A stretch of 64,000 bases of DNA from an uncultured candidate division Zixibacteria bacterium (GTDB taxonomy: Bacteria; Zixibacteria; MSB-5A5; GN15; FEB-12): contig CAVTJJ010000004.1 in NCBI GenBank assembly GCA_963735035.1, positions 672,001-736,000 of the forward strand, written 5' to 3'. Each line of letters starts with the position of its first letter. Position 1 is the stretch's first letter. This document shows, piece by piece, positions 9,347-18,925 of this stretch. The notes beneath the pieces were generated by a model, which made no database searches, was not told the DNA's origin, and saw nothing but the letters and a program-made list of their open reading frames with translations. The position numbers and the translations under genes are program-made.

Positions 9347-10417
9347 ATGGCTGACGAGAGCTTCCAGGAGAGGACACAAGATGCGACCCCAAGGCGGCGC
9401 CAGAAGGCTCGTGAGCGCGGCACGGTAGCCCGTTCGGCCGATCTGACAGCAGCGGGGATCATCTGTTTTGGCTTCACGGCTCTGTTCCTGCTCGGTCCCG
9501 GCATGATCGAACAGCTTCAGAACACGCTTCGATACACCATGGCGAACGCGCCGACGATCGCGCTGTCCGATCCGACGATGCAGACCTTCATCGTTAGCAG
9601 CGTTTACAGTTTCTTCGCCGCCATGGGCCCGATGCTCATCGCTATGCTCATCATCGGTGTCGGCATGAACGTTATGCAAATCGGCTTCCAGATCACCCCC
9701 AAGGCGATGGAACTGAAATTCGACCGTCTCAACGCGCTTGAGAATCTGAAGCGTTTGTTCTCTCTCAAGTCGGCGGTTCAGTTGGTGCGCGATCCTCTCA
9801 AGCTGACCGTGGTCGGCATCGTGGCCTACATCGCCATTCGGAGTGAATTTAACAGCTTTATCGTTTTGGCCGATCTGTCGGTTCCGCAGCTCGGCATGAC
9901 TCTGGCCCGCCTCTCCCTCTGGGTAGGGATCAAGATTGGCGTGGCCATTCTGGTCATCGGTCTGATCGACTTTCTCTATCAACGCTGGGAAATTGAAAAG
10001 TCCCTCAAGATGTCGATGCAGGAAGTTCGGGACGAGGCCAAGGAGACCGAAGGCAATCCGGAAATCAAGGCGCGCACCAGGCAGATTCAGCGGCATCAGG
10101 CGCGTCAACGCATGATGGCGGCCGTGCCGAAAGCCGACGTCGTCGTCACCAACCCGACTCATATCGCTGTCGCGCTCAAATATGATCCGTCCGAGATGGA
10201 CGCGCCGACGGTATTGGCCAAGGGTCAGCGTCTCATCGCCGAACAAATTAAGCGGCTCGCCCGTGAACACGGTATTCCGGTAATCGAAGACAAGCCTCTG
10301 GCGCGCGCTCTATACAAGATGTGCGAAGTCGGCGATCTGGTTCCGGCCAAGCTGTATCGTGCCGTAGCCGAAATTCTGGCTCACATCTATCGCCTTCAGG
10401 GAAAGGCGCTCAGGTAG
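9347..10417 (+). CDS. flhB: Flagellar export switch protein FlhB
   Basis: ETEGNPEIK, NPTH autocleavage motif, PLARALY. Confidence 0.97.
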   Translation: MADESFQERTQDATPRRRQKARERGTVARSADLTAAGIICFGFTALFLLGPGMIEQLQNTLRYTMANAPTIALSDPTMQTFIVSSVYSFFAAMGPMLIAMLIIGVGMNVMQIGFQITPKAMELKFDRLNALENLKRLFSLKSAVQLVRDPLKLTVVGIVAYIAIRSEFNSFIVLADLSVPQLGMTLARLSLWVGIKIGVAILVIGLIDFLYQRWEIEKSLKMSMQEVRDEAKETEGNPEIKARTRQIQRHQARQRMMAAVPKADVVVTNPTHIAVALKYDPSEMDAPTVLAKGQRLIAEQIKRLAREHGIPVIEDKPLARALYKMCEVGDLVPAKLYRAVAEILAHIYRLQGKALR

Positions 10418-10423
10418 GCAAGT

Positions 10424-12502
10424 ATGGAACAAGAACGCGGTTTCATACAGATGCTGGCCAAGCGCTCTGATATAGTGCTGGCCGCCGGCGTGATCGGCAT
10501 CATTACTGTCCTGATCATTCCGCTACCACCGCGCTTGCTAGACTTTGCCCTGGCGTTCAACATCACCTTCTCGCTGGTGGTGCTGCTGACGACTCTGTAT
10601 ATCACCCGGCCGCTCGACCTGTCAGTGTTCCCCGGCATGCTGTTGATCATAACATTGTTGCGGCTGTCGCTGAACGTCGCGTCCACTCGTTTGATCCTCG
10701 GCCAGGGATACGCCGGTGAAGTCATCAACTCGTTCGGCAACTTCGTGGTTCAGGGAAACTATGTCGTCGGATTCATTGTCTTCGTAATTCTCGTAGTCAT
10801 CCAGTTCGTAGTGATTACCAAGGGTGCGGGCCGTATCTCGGAAGTGGCCGCGCGGTTCACCCTCGACGCCATGCCTGGCAAACAGATGGCCATTGATGCC
10901 GATCTGAACGCCGGTATCATAAATGACAAGGATGCCCGGACCCGTCGTGAAGACATCGCGCGCGAAGCTGATTTCTACGGCGCGATGGACGGCGCCTCCA
11001 AGTTTGTTCGCGGCGACGCCATCGCCGGCATTCTCATTACGCTAATTAACGTCATCGGCGGCTTCGTAATCGGCGTGGCCATGCACGGCATGTCGCTGCC
11101 CGATGCACTCCGCACTTACACATTGTTGTCAATAGGTGACGGCCTGGTCACGCAGATTCCGGCGCTGCTGGTTTCGACCGCGTCTGGTATCATCGTCACC
11201 CGCGCTGCGTCGCATTCGAATATGGGCGAGGACATGGCCCGCCAGTTCACGCGTCAGCCTCGCGCCATTATGGTGTCGTCCGTGGCTCTACTGATCCTGG
11301 GAATGGTGCCGGGAATGCCTACGCTCACGTTTGTAGTGCTGGGTCTGGCTGTGGGTGGGGTCGGTTACGTGATTAAGGAATCACAACGCAAACACGCCAA
11401 GGCAGCAGAGGCTTCTGACAAGGCCGGTAAAGACAAATTAGTTGCGCCGAAAGAGCGCACCGAAGACCTGCTGAAGGTTGACACCATCGGCCTGGAAATC
11501 GGCTACGGTCTCATTCCGCTGGTCGACGCCAATCAGGGTGGCGACTTACTCGACCGCATCGCCAACATCCGCAAGCAGCTGGCTTCCGAGCTGGGCATCA
11601 TCGTGCCGTCGGTTCGCATCCGCGACAACGTCCGGCTGAAGCCGAATGAATATCAAATCAAGATTCGTGGCATTAGAGTGGCCGGCGCCGAGCTGATGCT
11701 CGACCAGATGATGGCCATCAACCCCGGATACGTGGATGATGAAATAGAAGGTTTTGCCACCAAGGATCCGGCGTTCGGTCTCGACGCCCGCTGGATCATT
11801 CCGGCTCTCAAGGAAGTTGCTGAAGCGCGCAATTATACGGTTGTGGAACCGGCCGCGGTTCTGGCCACTCATCTGACCGAAGTCACCCGCACGGCCGCGC
11901 CTGAAATACTCACTCGCCAGGACGTGCAGCACCTGGTGGATACGCTCAAGGAAGACTATCCGGCGCTGGTCAACTCCGTGATTCCGGAAATTCTCACGCT
12001 GAGTACGCTGCAGAAGATTCTTCAGGCCCTGCTGGCCGAGCGCGTGCCGATCAGAAATCTGGCGACCATCGTCGAGACGGCGTCCGACTACGCCCTGGCT
12101 ACCAAAGAAGCTGATGTGCTGGCTGAGTACGTCCGGATGGCTCTCAAGCGCCAGATCACCGAATCGAACAAAGACAACAAGGGCAGAATCAACGTTTGCA
12201 CGCTCGATCCGGCACTGGAACAGCAATTGGCCGACTCGGTGCAGAACACCAAGCAGGGGCTGATGCTTGTGCTGGATCCGCACCTGACAGAGAAATTATT
12301 GGCAGGAATAGGTCGTGAAGCGGACAAGATGCAGGCGGCCGGACTGACGTCGATCTGCATCTGCTCGCCCAATGTTCGTCTGGCGTTGCGTCGACTGGTC
12401 GAGACCAGCCATCCCACGCTGACCGTCCTGTCCTACAATGAAATAATGCCCAACGTGGAAATCGTGTCCACGGGAATGGTGAGGTTGCAGGATGATAATT
12501 AG
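10424..12502 (+). CDS. flhA: Flagellar export protein FlhA
   Basis: RISEVAARFTLDAMPGKQMAIDADL, FYGAMDGASKFVRGDAIAG. Confidence 0.98.
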   Translation: MEQERGFIQMLAKRSDIVLAAGVIGIITVLIIPLPPRLLDFALAFNITFSLVVLLTTLYITRPLDLSVFPGMLLIITLLRLSLNVASTRLILGQGYAGEVINSFGNFVVQGNYVVGFIVFVILVVIQFVVITKGAGRISEVAARFTLDAMPGKQMAIDADLNAGIINDKDARTRREDIAREADFYGAMDGASKFVRGDAIAGILITLINVIGGFVIGVAMHGMSLPDALRTYTLLSIGDGLVTQIPALLVSTASGIIVTRAASHSNMGEDMARQFTRQPRAIMVSSVALLILGMVPGMPTLTFVVLGLAVGGVGYVIKESQRKHAKAAEASDKAGKDKLVAPKERTEDLLKVDTIGLEIGYGLIPLVDANQGGDLLDRIANIRKQLASELGIIVPSVRIRDNVRLKPNEYQIKIRGIRVAGAELMLDQMMAINPGYVDDEIEGFATKDPAFGLDARWIIPALKEVAEARNYTVVEPAAVLATHLTEVTRTAAPEILTRQDVQHLVDTLKEDYPALVNSVIPEILTLSTLQKILQALLAERVPIRNLATIVETASDYALATKEADVLAEYVRMALKRQITESNKDNKGRINVCTLDPALEQQLADSVQNTKQGLMLVLDPHLTEKLLAGIGREADKMQAAGLTSICICSPNVRLALRRLVETSHPTLTVLSYNEIMPNVEIVSTGMVRLQDDN

Positions 12503-13652
12503 ATCCTACACCGCTGAATCTGTGGCTACCGCCCTCAAGCAGGTCCGTCGGGAAATGGGCGGAGCTGCGGTCGTACTCAAGACACGTGTGATCGACGACG
12601 CTCTTGGATCGCGTCAGTACGAAGTTACCGCCTGTCTGGATAAGCCGACGGTCGAGCAGGCCAACGGCGTGCTGACGGCGGATGCACCGTCGCCGGTAAC
12701 CGTAGCCGAGACCCCGAAAGTGTCCCGCTTCGAAGCGCCCAATGCGACCGTGCCGACCACTCCGACTGCGCCGGCCACGCCTCAGACATCCGATCTCGAC
12801 AAGCGGCTCAGCGCTATTGAAGAACGCCTCGAATTGTTGGTGCAGGCGGCTCAGTTGGACCGGTCCGGTCTGTCTGGAGAGCTGACTCCCAGTGCGAGTG
12901 CCGCGCAAGCGATGCAGGCAGCCGATGTACCGGAATCGTTCATCTCCGAATTCTTCAATAGTCTCCGGCACGATCTGCCGTCACGGCCTATCGACGACAT
13001 TACGATCCGCCGCCGTCTGGTAGATCATCTCGGCTCGATCATAGATACCAGACTGGAACTCAAGCCGGGTGACCGGGTGCTTGTGGCCGGACCCGCCGGA
13101 GCCGGGAAGACGTCCGTCATCGGACGTATCGCCGCCCAGTTGATATTCCATCAGCACGTGCCGGTGAAACTGATCTCGCTCGACAACCACAAAGTCGGCG
13201 CCATGGAAGAAGTGGCCGGATATGCCGATCTGCTCGGGGTGGACGATTTCACGTCGGTCGAAGCGGGCGAAGCTACCCCCGCCCTGGACAAGACCAAGGT
13301 CCTCCTGATCGACACCAATGCCATGCCCCGGGACCCGAAGCATCTGGCCGAGCTCAAAGCCCGAATCAAGCCGCTCAAGCCGACTCATCGTCTGGCGGTC
13401 TTCTCGGCGTTAATGCGCACTTCCGACGTTGACACTTACGCCCGCGAGATGGCCTGGCTCGAACCGACTCATCTCGTCTTCACCATGACCGACCTGACCC
13501 GGCGTCTGGGTTCGCTGCTCTCGGCGACCGCGACGACCGGTCTGAAGATCGCCATGCTGACAAATTCTTCGAGCGCGAGCGCCTCGGTGGCTCCGCCCGA
13601 GACCGAATCCATAGCTGAAATCATTCTCGGCCAGGAGGTCGGACGTGAATAG
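12492..13652 (+). CDS. flhF: FlhF-like SRP-family GTPase with divergent G3/G4 motifs
   Basis: N-terminal ALKQVRREMGGAAVVL, P-loop GPAGAGKTS; canonical position between flhA and flhG. Confidence 0.85.
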   Translation: MIIRSYTAESVATALKQVRREMGGAAVVLKTRVIDDALGSRQYEVTACLDKPTVEQANGVLTADAPSPVTVAETPKVSRFEAPNATVPTTPTAPATPQTSDLDKRLSAIEERLELLVQAAQLDRSGLSGELTPSASAAQAMQAADVPESFISEFFNSLRHDLPSRPIDDITIRRRLVDHLGSIIDTRLELKPGDRVLVAGPAGAGKTSVIGRIAAQLIFHQHVPVKLISLDNHKVGAMEEVAGYADLLGVDDFTSVEAGEATPALDKTKVLLIDTNAMPRDPKHLAELKARIKPLKPTHRLAVFSALMRTSDVDTYAREMAWLEPTHLVFTMTDLTRRLGSLLSATATTGLKIAMLTNSSSASASVAPPETESIAEIILGQEVGRE

Positions 13653-14505
13653 GTTCGACCCTTCAACCGGCTCGCGCCTGAGCGAACGTGTCGCTCGGAC
13701 GCTGATGATCTCCATACTTTCCGGCAAGGGAGGCGTGGGGAAATCGGTGCTGGCGTTCAATCTGGCGGAACGGGCGGCGGCTTTCGGCTACCGGACGCTG
13801 CTGGTAGATGCCGACTTTGCGTGCGGCAACCTGCACATCCTGACCAATCTCGATCCGAAGGACGGATTTGACAAGTTCGTCTCGGAACAGGGGACGGTCA
13901 CCGCTCTGGCTGTGACCTACAACGACAATTTAAGACTGTTGGCCCGGTCGGCCTGCGGCCCGATCGAATCGCTTACCAGTGTCTCACAAATTGCGCGCTG
14001 TGCGGCGCGTCTGCGGCAACAAACCGCCAAGTATGACCTGGTCGTGATCGATCACGGCTCCGGCATTAACGCTACCGCCACGGTGTTCGCGGGCGCATCC
14101 GACGTGAACCTGCTGGTCATGGTTCCCGAGCTGACGTCAATCTCCGACTGCTACGGTCTCTACAAGTATCTGCGCCAGGCTGATCGTTCGATCGACTGCC
14201 GCGTGATACAGAATCGGGTGGAGTCGACTCCCGAGGCGGAGTATCTCTGGACCCGTTTCGTAGCGGTAGTGGAACAATATCTGGGCGAGACCCCGCGTCG
14301 GGCGGGTGTGGTACCCGAAGACGAGGCGTTCCGCCGTTCGGTGGCGACCCAGCAGCCGATGTCGGTTGCGAGCCCCGATTCGTCTGTCCTGCAATCACTT
14401 GAAGACATCATCCGCGGCCTAACTACCTGGTCGAACGCGGCGACCGAAATAGTTCAACCCCGAACAATAAATGTTATGACGGCACCAGCCGATATAAGGG
14501 AATAG
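13645..14505 (+). CDS. flhG: FlhG/FleN MinD-like ATPase
   Basis: SGKGGVGKS deviant Walker A, LLVDAD...NL, PELTSISDCYGLYK; between flhF and fliA. Confidence 0.88.
   Translation: MNRFDPSTGSRLSERVARTLMISILSGKGGVGKSVLAFNLAERAAAFGYRTLLVDADFACGNLHILTNLDPKDGFDKFVSEQGTVTALAVTYNDNLRLLARSACGPIESLTSVSQIARCAARLRQQTAKYDLVVIDHGSGINATATVFAGASDVNLLVMVPELTSISDCYGLYKYLRQADRSIDCRVIQNRVESTPEAEYLWTRFVAVVEQYLGETPRRAGVVPEDEAFRRSVATQQPMSVASPDSSVLQSLEDIIRGLTTWSNAATEIVQPRTINVMTAPADIRE
14468..14495 (+). promoter_or_regulatory. Sigma28 (FliA/SigD) promoter upstream of fliA
   Basis: TAAA(14468-71)-N16-GCCGATAT(14488-95), matching the sigma28 consensus. Confidence 0.75.
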
Positions 14506-14512
14506 CGTTCAT

Positions 14513-15400
14513 ATGGTTACGACAACAAAACGAACTCCGAGAGCGACCCGGAAGAGCAAGGCCACCCCGGTGGCGGTAGTCCGCGAAGTAAGCGAACCCA
14601 AAACCGCTAAGACTGGCGTGCGTGGGCGACGCTGGGAAGTGACTATGCGCGATTGGCGGCGATACCAGAAGAATCCGTCGGCCGACATGCGCAAGAAACT
14701 GCTGGACAAGTATGTCCCGCTGGTTCGCAATGTCGCTACACGTATGGCGATGGGTTTTCCGCGCTCGGTCGAATTGACGGACCTGGTCAATACCGGTGTG
14801 ATCGGTTTGATCGAGGCGTTCGGCAATTACGATCCGCGCCGTGGCGTGAAGTTTGAAACCTACGCCGTGCCGCGTATTCGTGGGGCCATCCTCGACGAAC
14901 TTCGCGCCCTGGACTGGGTGCCGCGCTCGACCCGCGCCAAGTCACGCGAAATCGACAAGGCGCTCACCGAGCTCGAAAACGTGCTGGGTCGTTTCCCCGA
15001 CAAGACGGAACTGGCCAAGCATCTGAAGATCAGCGAAGCCGAGCTGTACCACGCGTTGGACGATGTGTCCTGCACCAATGTCCTCTCGCTGGATGAGATC
15101 GTTTATCCGGAAGACGACAACCGCCAGGTGCCCCGGATCGAAACGGTTCAGGACGCCACCAGTCTGAGCGTGCTGGGAATCATCGAGCGGGGCGAATTGC
15201 ATTCGTTCCTGGTGACGGCTATCGACAACCTGACCGATCAGGAAAAACTGGTTATCAGCCTCTACTACTTTGAGGAGTTGACCCTGAAGGAAATAGGCGA
15301 AGTGATGGTGATATCCGAGTCACGCGTTTCTCAGATCCATACCCGGGCGGTCAAGAAGCTTCGGGGCATGGTGAAGGAGAGATTCGCGATGGCCGGATAG
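14513..15400 (+). CDS. fliA: RNA polymerase sigma factor FliA/WhiG (sigma28)
   Basis: FETYAVPRIRGAILDELRALDWVPRS, LYYFEELTLKEIG...SESRVSQIH. Confidence 0.97.
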   Translation: MVTTTKRTPRATRKSKATPVAVVREVSEPKTAKTGVRGRRWEVTMRDWRRYQKNPSADMRKKLLDKYVPLVRNVATRMAMGFPRSVELTDLVNTGVIGLIEAFGNYDPRRGVKFETYAVPRIRGAILDELRALDWVPRSTRAKSREIDKALTELENVLGRFPDKTELAKHLKISEAELYHALDDVSCTNVLSLDEIVYPEDDNRQVPRIETVQDATSLSVLGIIERGELHSFLVTAIDNLTDQEKLVISLYYFEELTLKEIGEVMVISESRVSQIHTRAVKKLRGMVKERFAMAG

Positions 15401-15426
15401 CGTCACCTGGCCCCGGAGGTGAGCCG

Positions 15427-15738
15427 ATGCAGGGACCGGACGGTGTAGACAGAGTCCAGCAGTATCTGCCCCCGGATAAAGTGCTGCACACGCAGCATGC
15501 AGATCCGGATAAGAAGCAGAAGTTTTCGCGGGCGATGGAAGAAGAAGAAGAAGAATTAGAGAGACGCCGCAAGCAACGCCCGCACGACCAGGTAGACCTG
15601 GGAACAGACACTGCGCCCGATCAGGCGGGCCCCGAGCAAGAGCCGACCGACGGCGAAGCGGCCGCGACTCCGGCCGAGACAGCCGCGAGTGGCGAAGAGA
15701 CGACCGAAAAGATTAAACATGTCGATGTGAAAGCTTAG
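15427..15738 (+). CDS. Hypothetical acidic protein in the fliA operon
   Basis: ORF with GGAGG SD, co-oriented, C-terminal HVDVKA. Confidence 0.7.
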   Translation: MQGPDGVDRVQQYLPPDKVLHTQHADPDKKQKFSRAMEEEEEELERRRKQRPHDQVDLGTDTAPDQAGPEQEPTDGEAAATPAETAASGEETTEKIKHVDVKA

Positions 15739-15757
15739 AAGAAACGGCAGGATAAAC

Positions 15758-16162
15758 ATGGATGTTTGGAACGGACAAATCATGGATGTGGGACTGACGG
15801 TTACCGGTTATCTGGCTGCCGCCGGTCTGGGAATGCTTCTGCATGCCACTTTCGCGGGTCTTCGGCGACGTGCCGTCATCGCGCCCGTGGTGTCAACTGA
15901 GTCGGCGCGTATCGCGATGGCCGAACAAGCTTCTTCATTACAGTATATCGACCTGCGTCGGCAGGGCGGCGGGAGCGTGATGGCCGCTGAGCCGTCGGCG
16001 CCGCGTTCTGCGGTTCCGCGTCCCGGACGGCGCGATCGCGTGGAGATTGTCCGTCTGGCGCGTCAGATGTTGCTAGCCGGCACCCCGGCCGAACGGGTAC
16101 GCCAGACCCTGCCCATATCCGAGGCGGAGCTGACCCTCCTGCAGAGCATTAACGCCAATTGA
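15758..16162 (+). CDS. Membrane-anchored protein with C-terminal HTH-like motif (SwrB/DUF2802-like; start may be 15782)
   Basis: N-terminal TM; C-terminal GTPAERVRQTLPISEAELTLL; position after the sigma28 gene resembles swrB. Confidence 0.55.
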   Translation: MDVWNGQIMDVGLTVTGYLAAAGLGMLLHATFAGLRRRAVIAPVVSTESARIAMAEQASSLQYIDLRRQGGGSVMAAEPSAPRSAVPRPGRRDRVEIVRLARQMLLAGTPAERVRQTLPISEAELTLLQSINAN

Positions 16163-16181
16163 CTACCTGGAGAGATGTGAG

Positions 16182-17366
16182 ATGAGTAACGAGAGTCCAT
16201 TTCTGATATTTAAGATCGAGTGCCCCGTCTGTAAGACGATCAACGAGTATGAACAGATCAAGGTGGGCGCCTATGTCGAAGGCGGCCGCGACACCGATTT
16301 CTGTCCTCAGGAGATTCAGTGGCGCTTTCCGAAATATCAGGCCTACAATCCGCTGGTCTTCTTCACGGCTACCTGCGGCAACTGTTTCTACACCCGGGAA
16401 TTTACGCCCAAATATCGTGAATGGAAAACTGACAACGCCTTCCGCACTTTCCAGCTAAAGACCATCAAAGCCAAACATCTCGAGCAGTTGTCAGTGGCCG
16501 ACTCGATCGTCCGGCGCTTTGGCGAGGCTGTGGACACGTCTCGCTATCCTAACGAATCGGCGATCTTGAAACTTCACCTGGCTATCTTCGACGGTTTGTT
16601 GAGCGATCATCCGAGCTATCTCGATCTGGGCCGATTCTACCTTCGGATCGCCTGGGTGTTTCGCACGATGAATGTCGGAACGGATCCCAATCTGGACGCT
16701 CTGACCGGATTGATCAAAGATATCGAGAATAAGACGGCTCTGGCCGACAGCGTAGCATTCGATCTGCAGGAAGCATACGATCAAGTGGCCGGAGCGGTCC
16801 GCGCCCAATACAGCGTACAGAATCTTTCGGCTGATCTGCAGTCGCAAATGCTGGGCTATCACGATCGCTGGACTACCCAAATTGAAGAGATCAGCGCGCT
16901 TCTCGATAAGATCAAGGAGAGCCACACCGGCCTCCGTGACCTTCTGCACGAGTATCGCGAGACGGTTCTGGGAAGCGCGAGCGGGGCGGGGCAGCCGGCC
17001 TTTCGCGAATTTGCGTCACTGTCTGAGTTCCTGCTTCGCCATCAACCGGGCTGGAACGGTATCGTAGTCAACGAACGCGAAGCGCTGGAGCAGGCGATCA
17101 AGAACTACAAGGAAGCTTTCGAAGGAGCTCGCGATATCGCCGCCGGAAACCAGCAAATTCAGGCTGCCTATTTGATCGCGGAGTTGTCGCGCCGAATCGG
17201 CGACTACGACGGCGCCCGTCAGTACTTCACGAGCACGATCAAAGCGGGCCAGGAATTTATCTATCAAAATCGCCAGGATGCTTCGCGGACGCAATTAGCC
17301 CGCAAGATCCTCGAGCTGGCCATCGAACAGGGACGTGTAAACTTGAAGGCCTCCAAGGCTGAGTAG
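16182..17366 (+). CDS. DUF2225-family protein (CxxC pairs, TPR-like C-terminus) with central helical insertion
   Basis: CPVC...DTDFC...YNP...CGNCFY; LRIAWVFR; YLIAELSRRIGDYDGARQYF. Confidence 0.8.
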   Translation: MSNESPFLIFKIECPVCKTINEYEQIKVGAYVEGGRDTDFCPQEIQWRFPKYQAYNPLVFFTATCGNCFYTREFTPKYREWKTDNAFRTFQLKTIKAKHLEQLSVADSIVRRFGEAVDTSRYPNESAILKLHLAIFDGLLSDHPSYLDLGRFYLRIAWVFRTMNVGTDPNLDALTGLIKDIENKTALADSVAFDLQEAYDQVAGAVRAQYSVQNLSADLQSQMLGYHDRWTTQIEEISALLDKIKESHTGLRDLLHEYRETVLGSASGAGQPAFREFASLSEFLLRHQPGWNGIVVNEREALEQAIKNYKEAFEGARDIAAGNQQIQAAYLIAELSRRIGDYDGARQYFTSTIKAGQEFIYQNRQDASRTQLARKILELAIEQGRVNLKASKAE

Positions 17367-17385
17367 CGGAAGAGGAAGCAGGCTA

Positions 17386-18135
17386 GTGCAAGCCGTTAAG
17401 AACAATACTCCCACCGAACTCCGTATCTGGGAGAAGCTCCTGATTATCGCGGGCGAAGGCCGCGACGCCGGCATGTATGAAGCCCGCGTGGAGGATATCA
17501 TCAACGGCGGGATCATCGTGTCCAACCCGGAATTCATCTCCGGGCACACCCTCTTACGCAATGATCTCGGGGCGGTGGTTCAGTTCACCCGCGACGATGC
17601 CGCCTATCAGTTCAGTTCTCGCGTCCGCATGCAGGAAGACGGCAACCTGCGTCGGGTGATACTTACTCCCCCCAAGAGTTTTCAGCGGGTGCAGCGCCGG
17701 ATGTTCGCCCGGGTGGCGATTCCTCTCCACGTATTCTATACCAAGCCTCCCACCGACGGCAACTGGAAGGAGTGGGAGAAGTCGGCAGTCTGGCTCGACA
17801 CCTACGCGGCAGATGTATCCGCCGGCGGTATCCAACTGAAAATGCCTGAGACAATACCAGGCGGATCGGTGCTCTTGCTTCGAGTGTGCGATCTGATTTC
17901 GCCCGAGCAGGCTTCCGATATGGTGGGACTGTGTCGACGCTCATATATACTGGACGGCCAGGCTTATGCCGGTTTGGAATTCGTCACCTCAGGTGATATC
18001 GACCAAGCCCTGGGCAAGCTCGGCCCGGCGCGGCTGCCCGATAAGTACAAGCACTTCGATCGCCGGGCGCAGGATCGCCTGGCCAGCCTGCTCTTCCACA
18101 AGCAAATTGAATTGCGTCAAAAAGGACTGATCTGA
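17386..18135 (+). CDS. PilZ-domain flagellar brake-like protein (YcgR/MotI type)
   Basis: QRRMFAR (RxxxR) and DVSAGG (D/NxSxxG) c-di-GMP motifs after an N-terminal domain. Confidence 0.88.
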   Translation: MQAVKNNTPTELRIWEKLLIIAGEGRDAGMYEARVEDIINGGIIVSNPEFISGHTLLRNDLGAVVQFTRDDAAYQFSSRVRMQEDGNLRRVILTPPKSFQRVQRRMFARVAIPLHVFYTKPPTDGNWKEWEKSAVWLDTYAADVSAGGIQLKMPETIPGGSVLLLRVCDLISPEQASDMVGLCRRSYILDGQAYAGLEFVTSGDIDQALGKLGPARLPDKYKHFDRRAQDRLASLLFHKQIELRQKGLI

Positions 18136-18136
18136 C

Positions 18137-18925
18137 ATGTCCGAGGAACGGAATCTATCTGCCAAATACGACGTATGCGTCCAGGATTTGGATCTGTCGC
18201 AGATGGTAGGCTTTCAAGTTCGGTTGTTCTCGAAACAATTCCCGGCCAAAGATCTGTACGTCCGAATCGGTGCAGCGGTGGGACGCCGTCTGGTAGCCGA
18301 GAGTACGCAGCGCAATGACATTATCGATAATCTGGTTAACCATCAAACCGTGGTTCTACAGTTCCAGTATCGCGGTGAGGACATTTCGGTTCGGGCAAAG
18401 ATTCAAAAATCAAACGGCGGACGCTGTGCGTTCGATCTCGAAGACAAAGCCACGCCCCTGTCACAGCGGCGGTTTCTCCGCGTCAATTTGAAGCACAAAG
18501 TGAATCTGGCGCCGTTCCCATCATCGGGCGTGCTGGGACGCAAACTCGATAAACTTCGCTGGATGGAAACCGACCTGGTCAATTTCTCGGCCGGCGGCGC
18601 ACTCCTGACCGTCCCGACAATCCTCAACGACACCGTTAGATTGATCGTCAACGTTCAGGTGTCCGAATTCGAATTTCCCCAGCTTCTGCTGGCCAAAGTC
18701 TGCCACGGATATCAGTACGATGAATTCAACTGCCGTGCCGGCATTGAGTTCGTCACCCGGGAGCGGGCCGAGCGGATGCTTTCGCCGTTTCAAATGGCCG
18801 AGATGCCGCCGGTATTATTCAGTTATTCCGGCCAGCGCCGGGACGGTCTCAATCGGGACATCCAACAATTAGATGCAAAATTCAATCGTAGTGCCAATAC
18901 AGGAGTGGATCATGAAGACAGATAG
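18137..18925 (+). CDS. PilZ-domain protein 2
   Basis: QRRFLR and NFSAGG motifs; GIEF near C-terminus. Confidence 0.8.
   Translation: MSEERNLSAKYDVCVQDLDLSQMVGFQVRLFSKQFPAKDLYVRIGAAVGRRLVAESTQRNDIIDNLVNHQTVVLQFQYRGEDISVRAKIQKSNGGRCAFDLEDKATPLSQRRFLRVNLKHKVNLAPFPSSGVLGRKLDKLRWMETDLVNFSAGGALLTVPTILNDTVRLIVNVQVSEFEFPQLLLAKVCHGYQYDEFNCRAGIEFVTRERAERMLSPFQMAEMPPVLFSYSGQRRDGLNRDIQQLDAKFNRSANTGVDHEDR

Noticed and set aside
9323..12971. Long antisense ORFs (e.g. 9323-10270, 11546-12283, 12189-12971) and similar ones elsewhere
   Set aside because: Shadow ORFs opposite well-conserved genes, expected in GC-rich coding DNA; no recognisable motifs.
15538..15555. (GAA)6 tract as a contingency repeat
   Set aside because: It is an in-frame poly-Glu run in an acidic protein; unit changes would not shift the frame.
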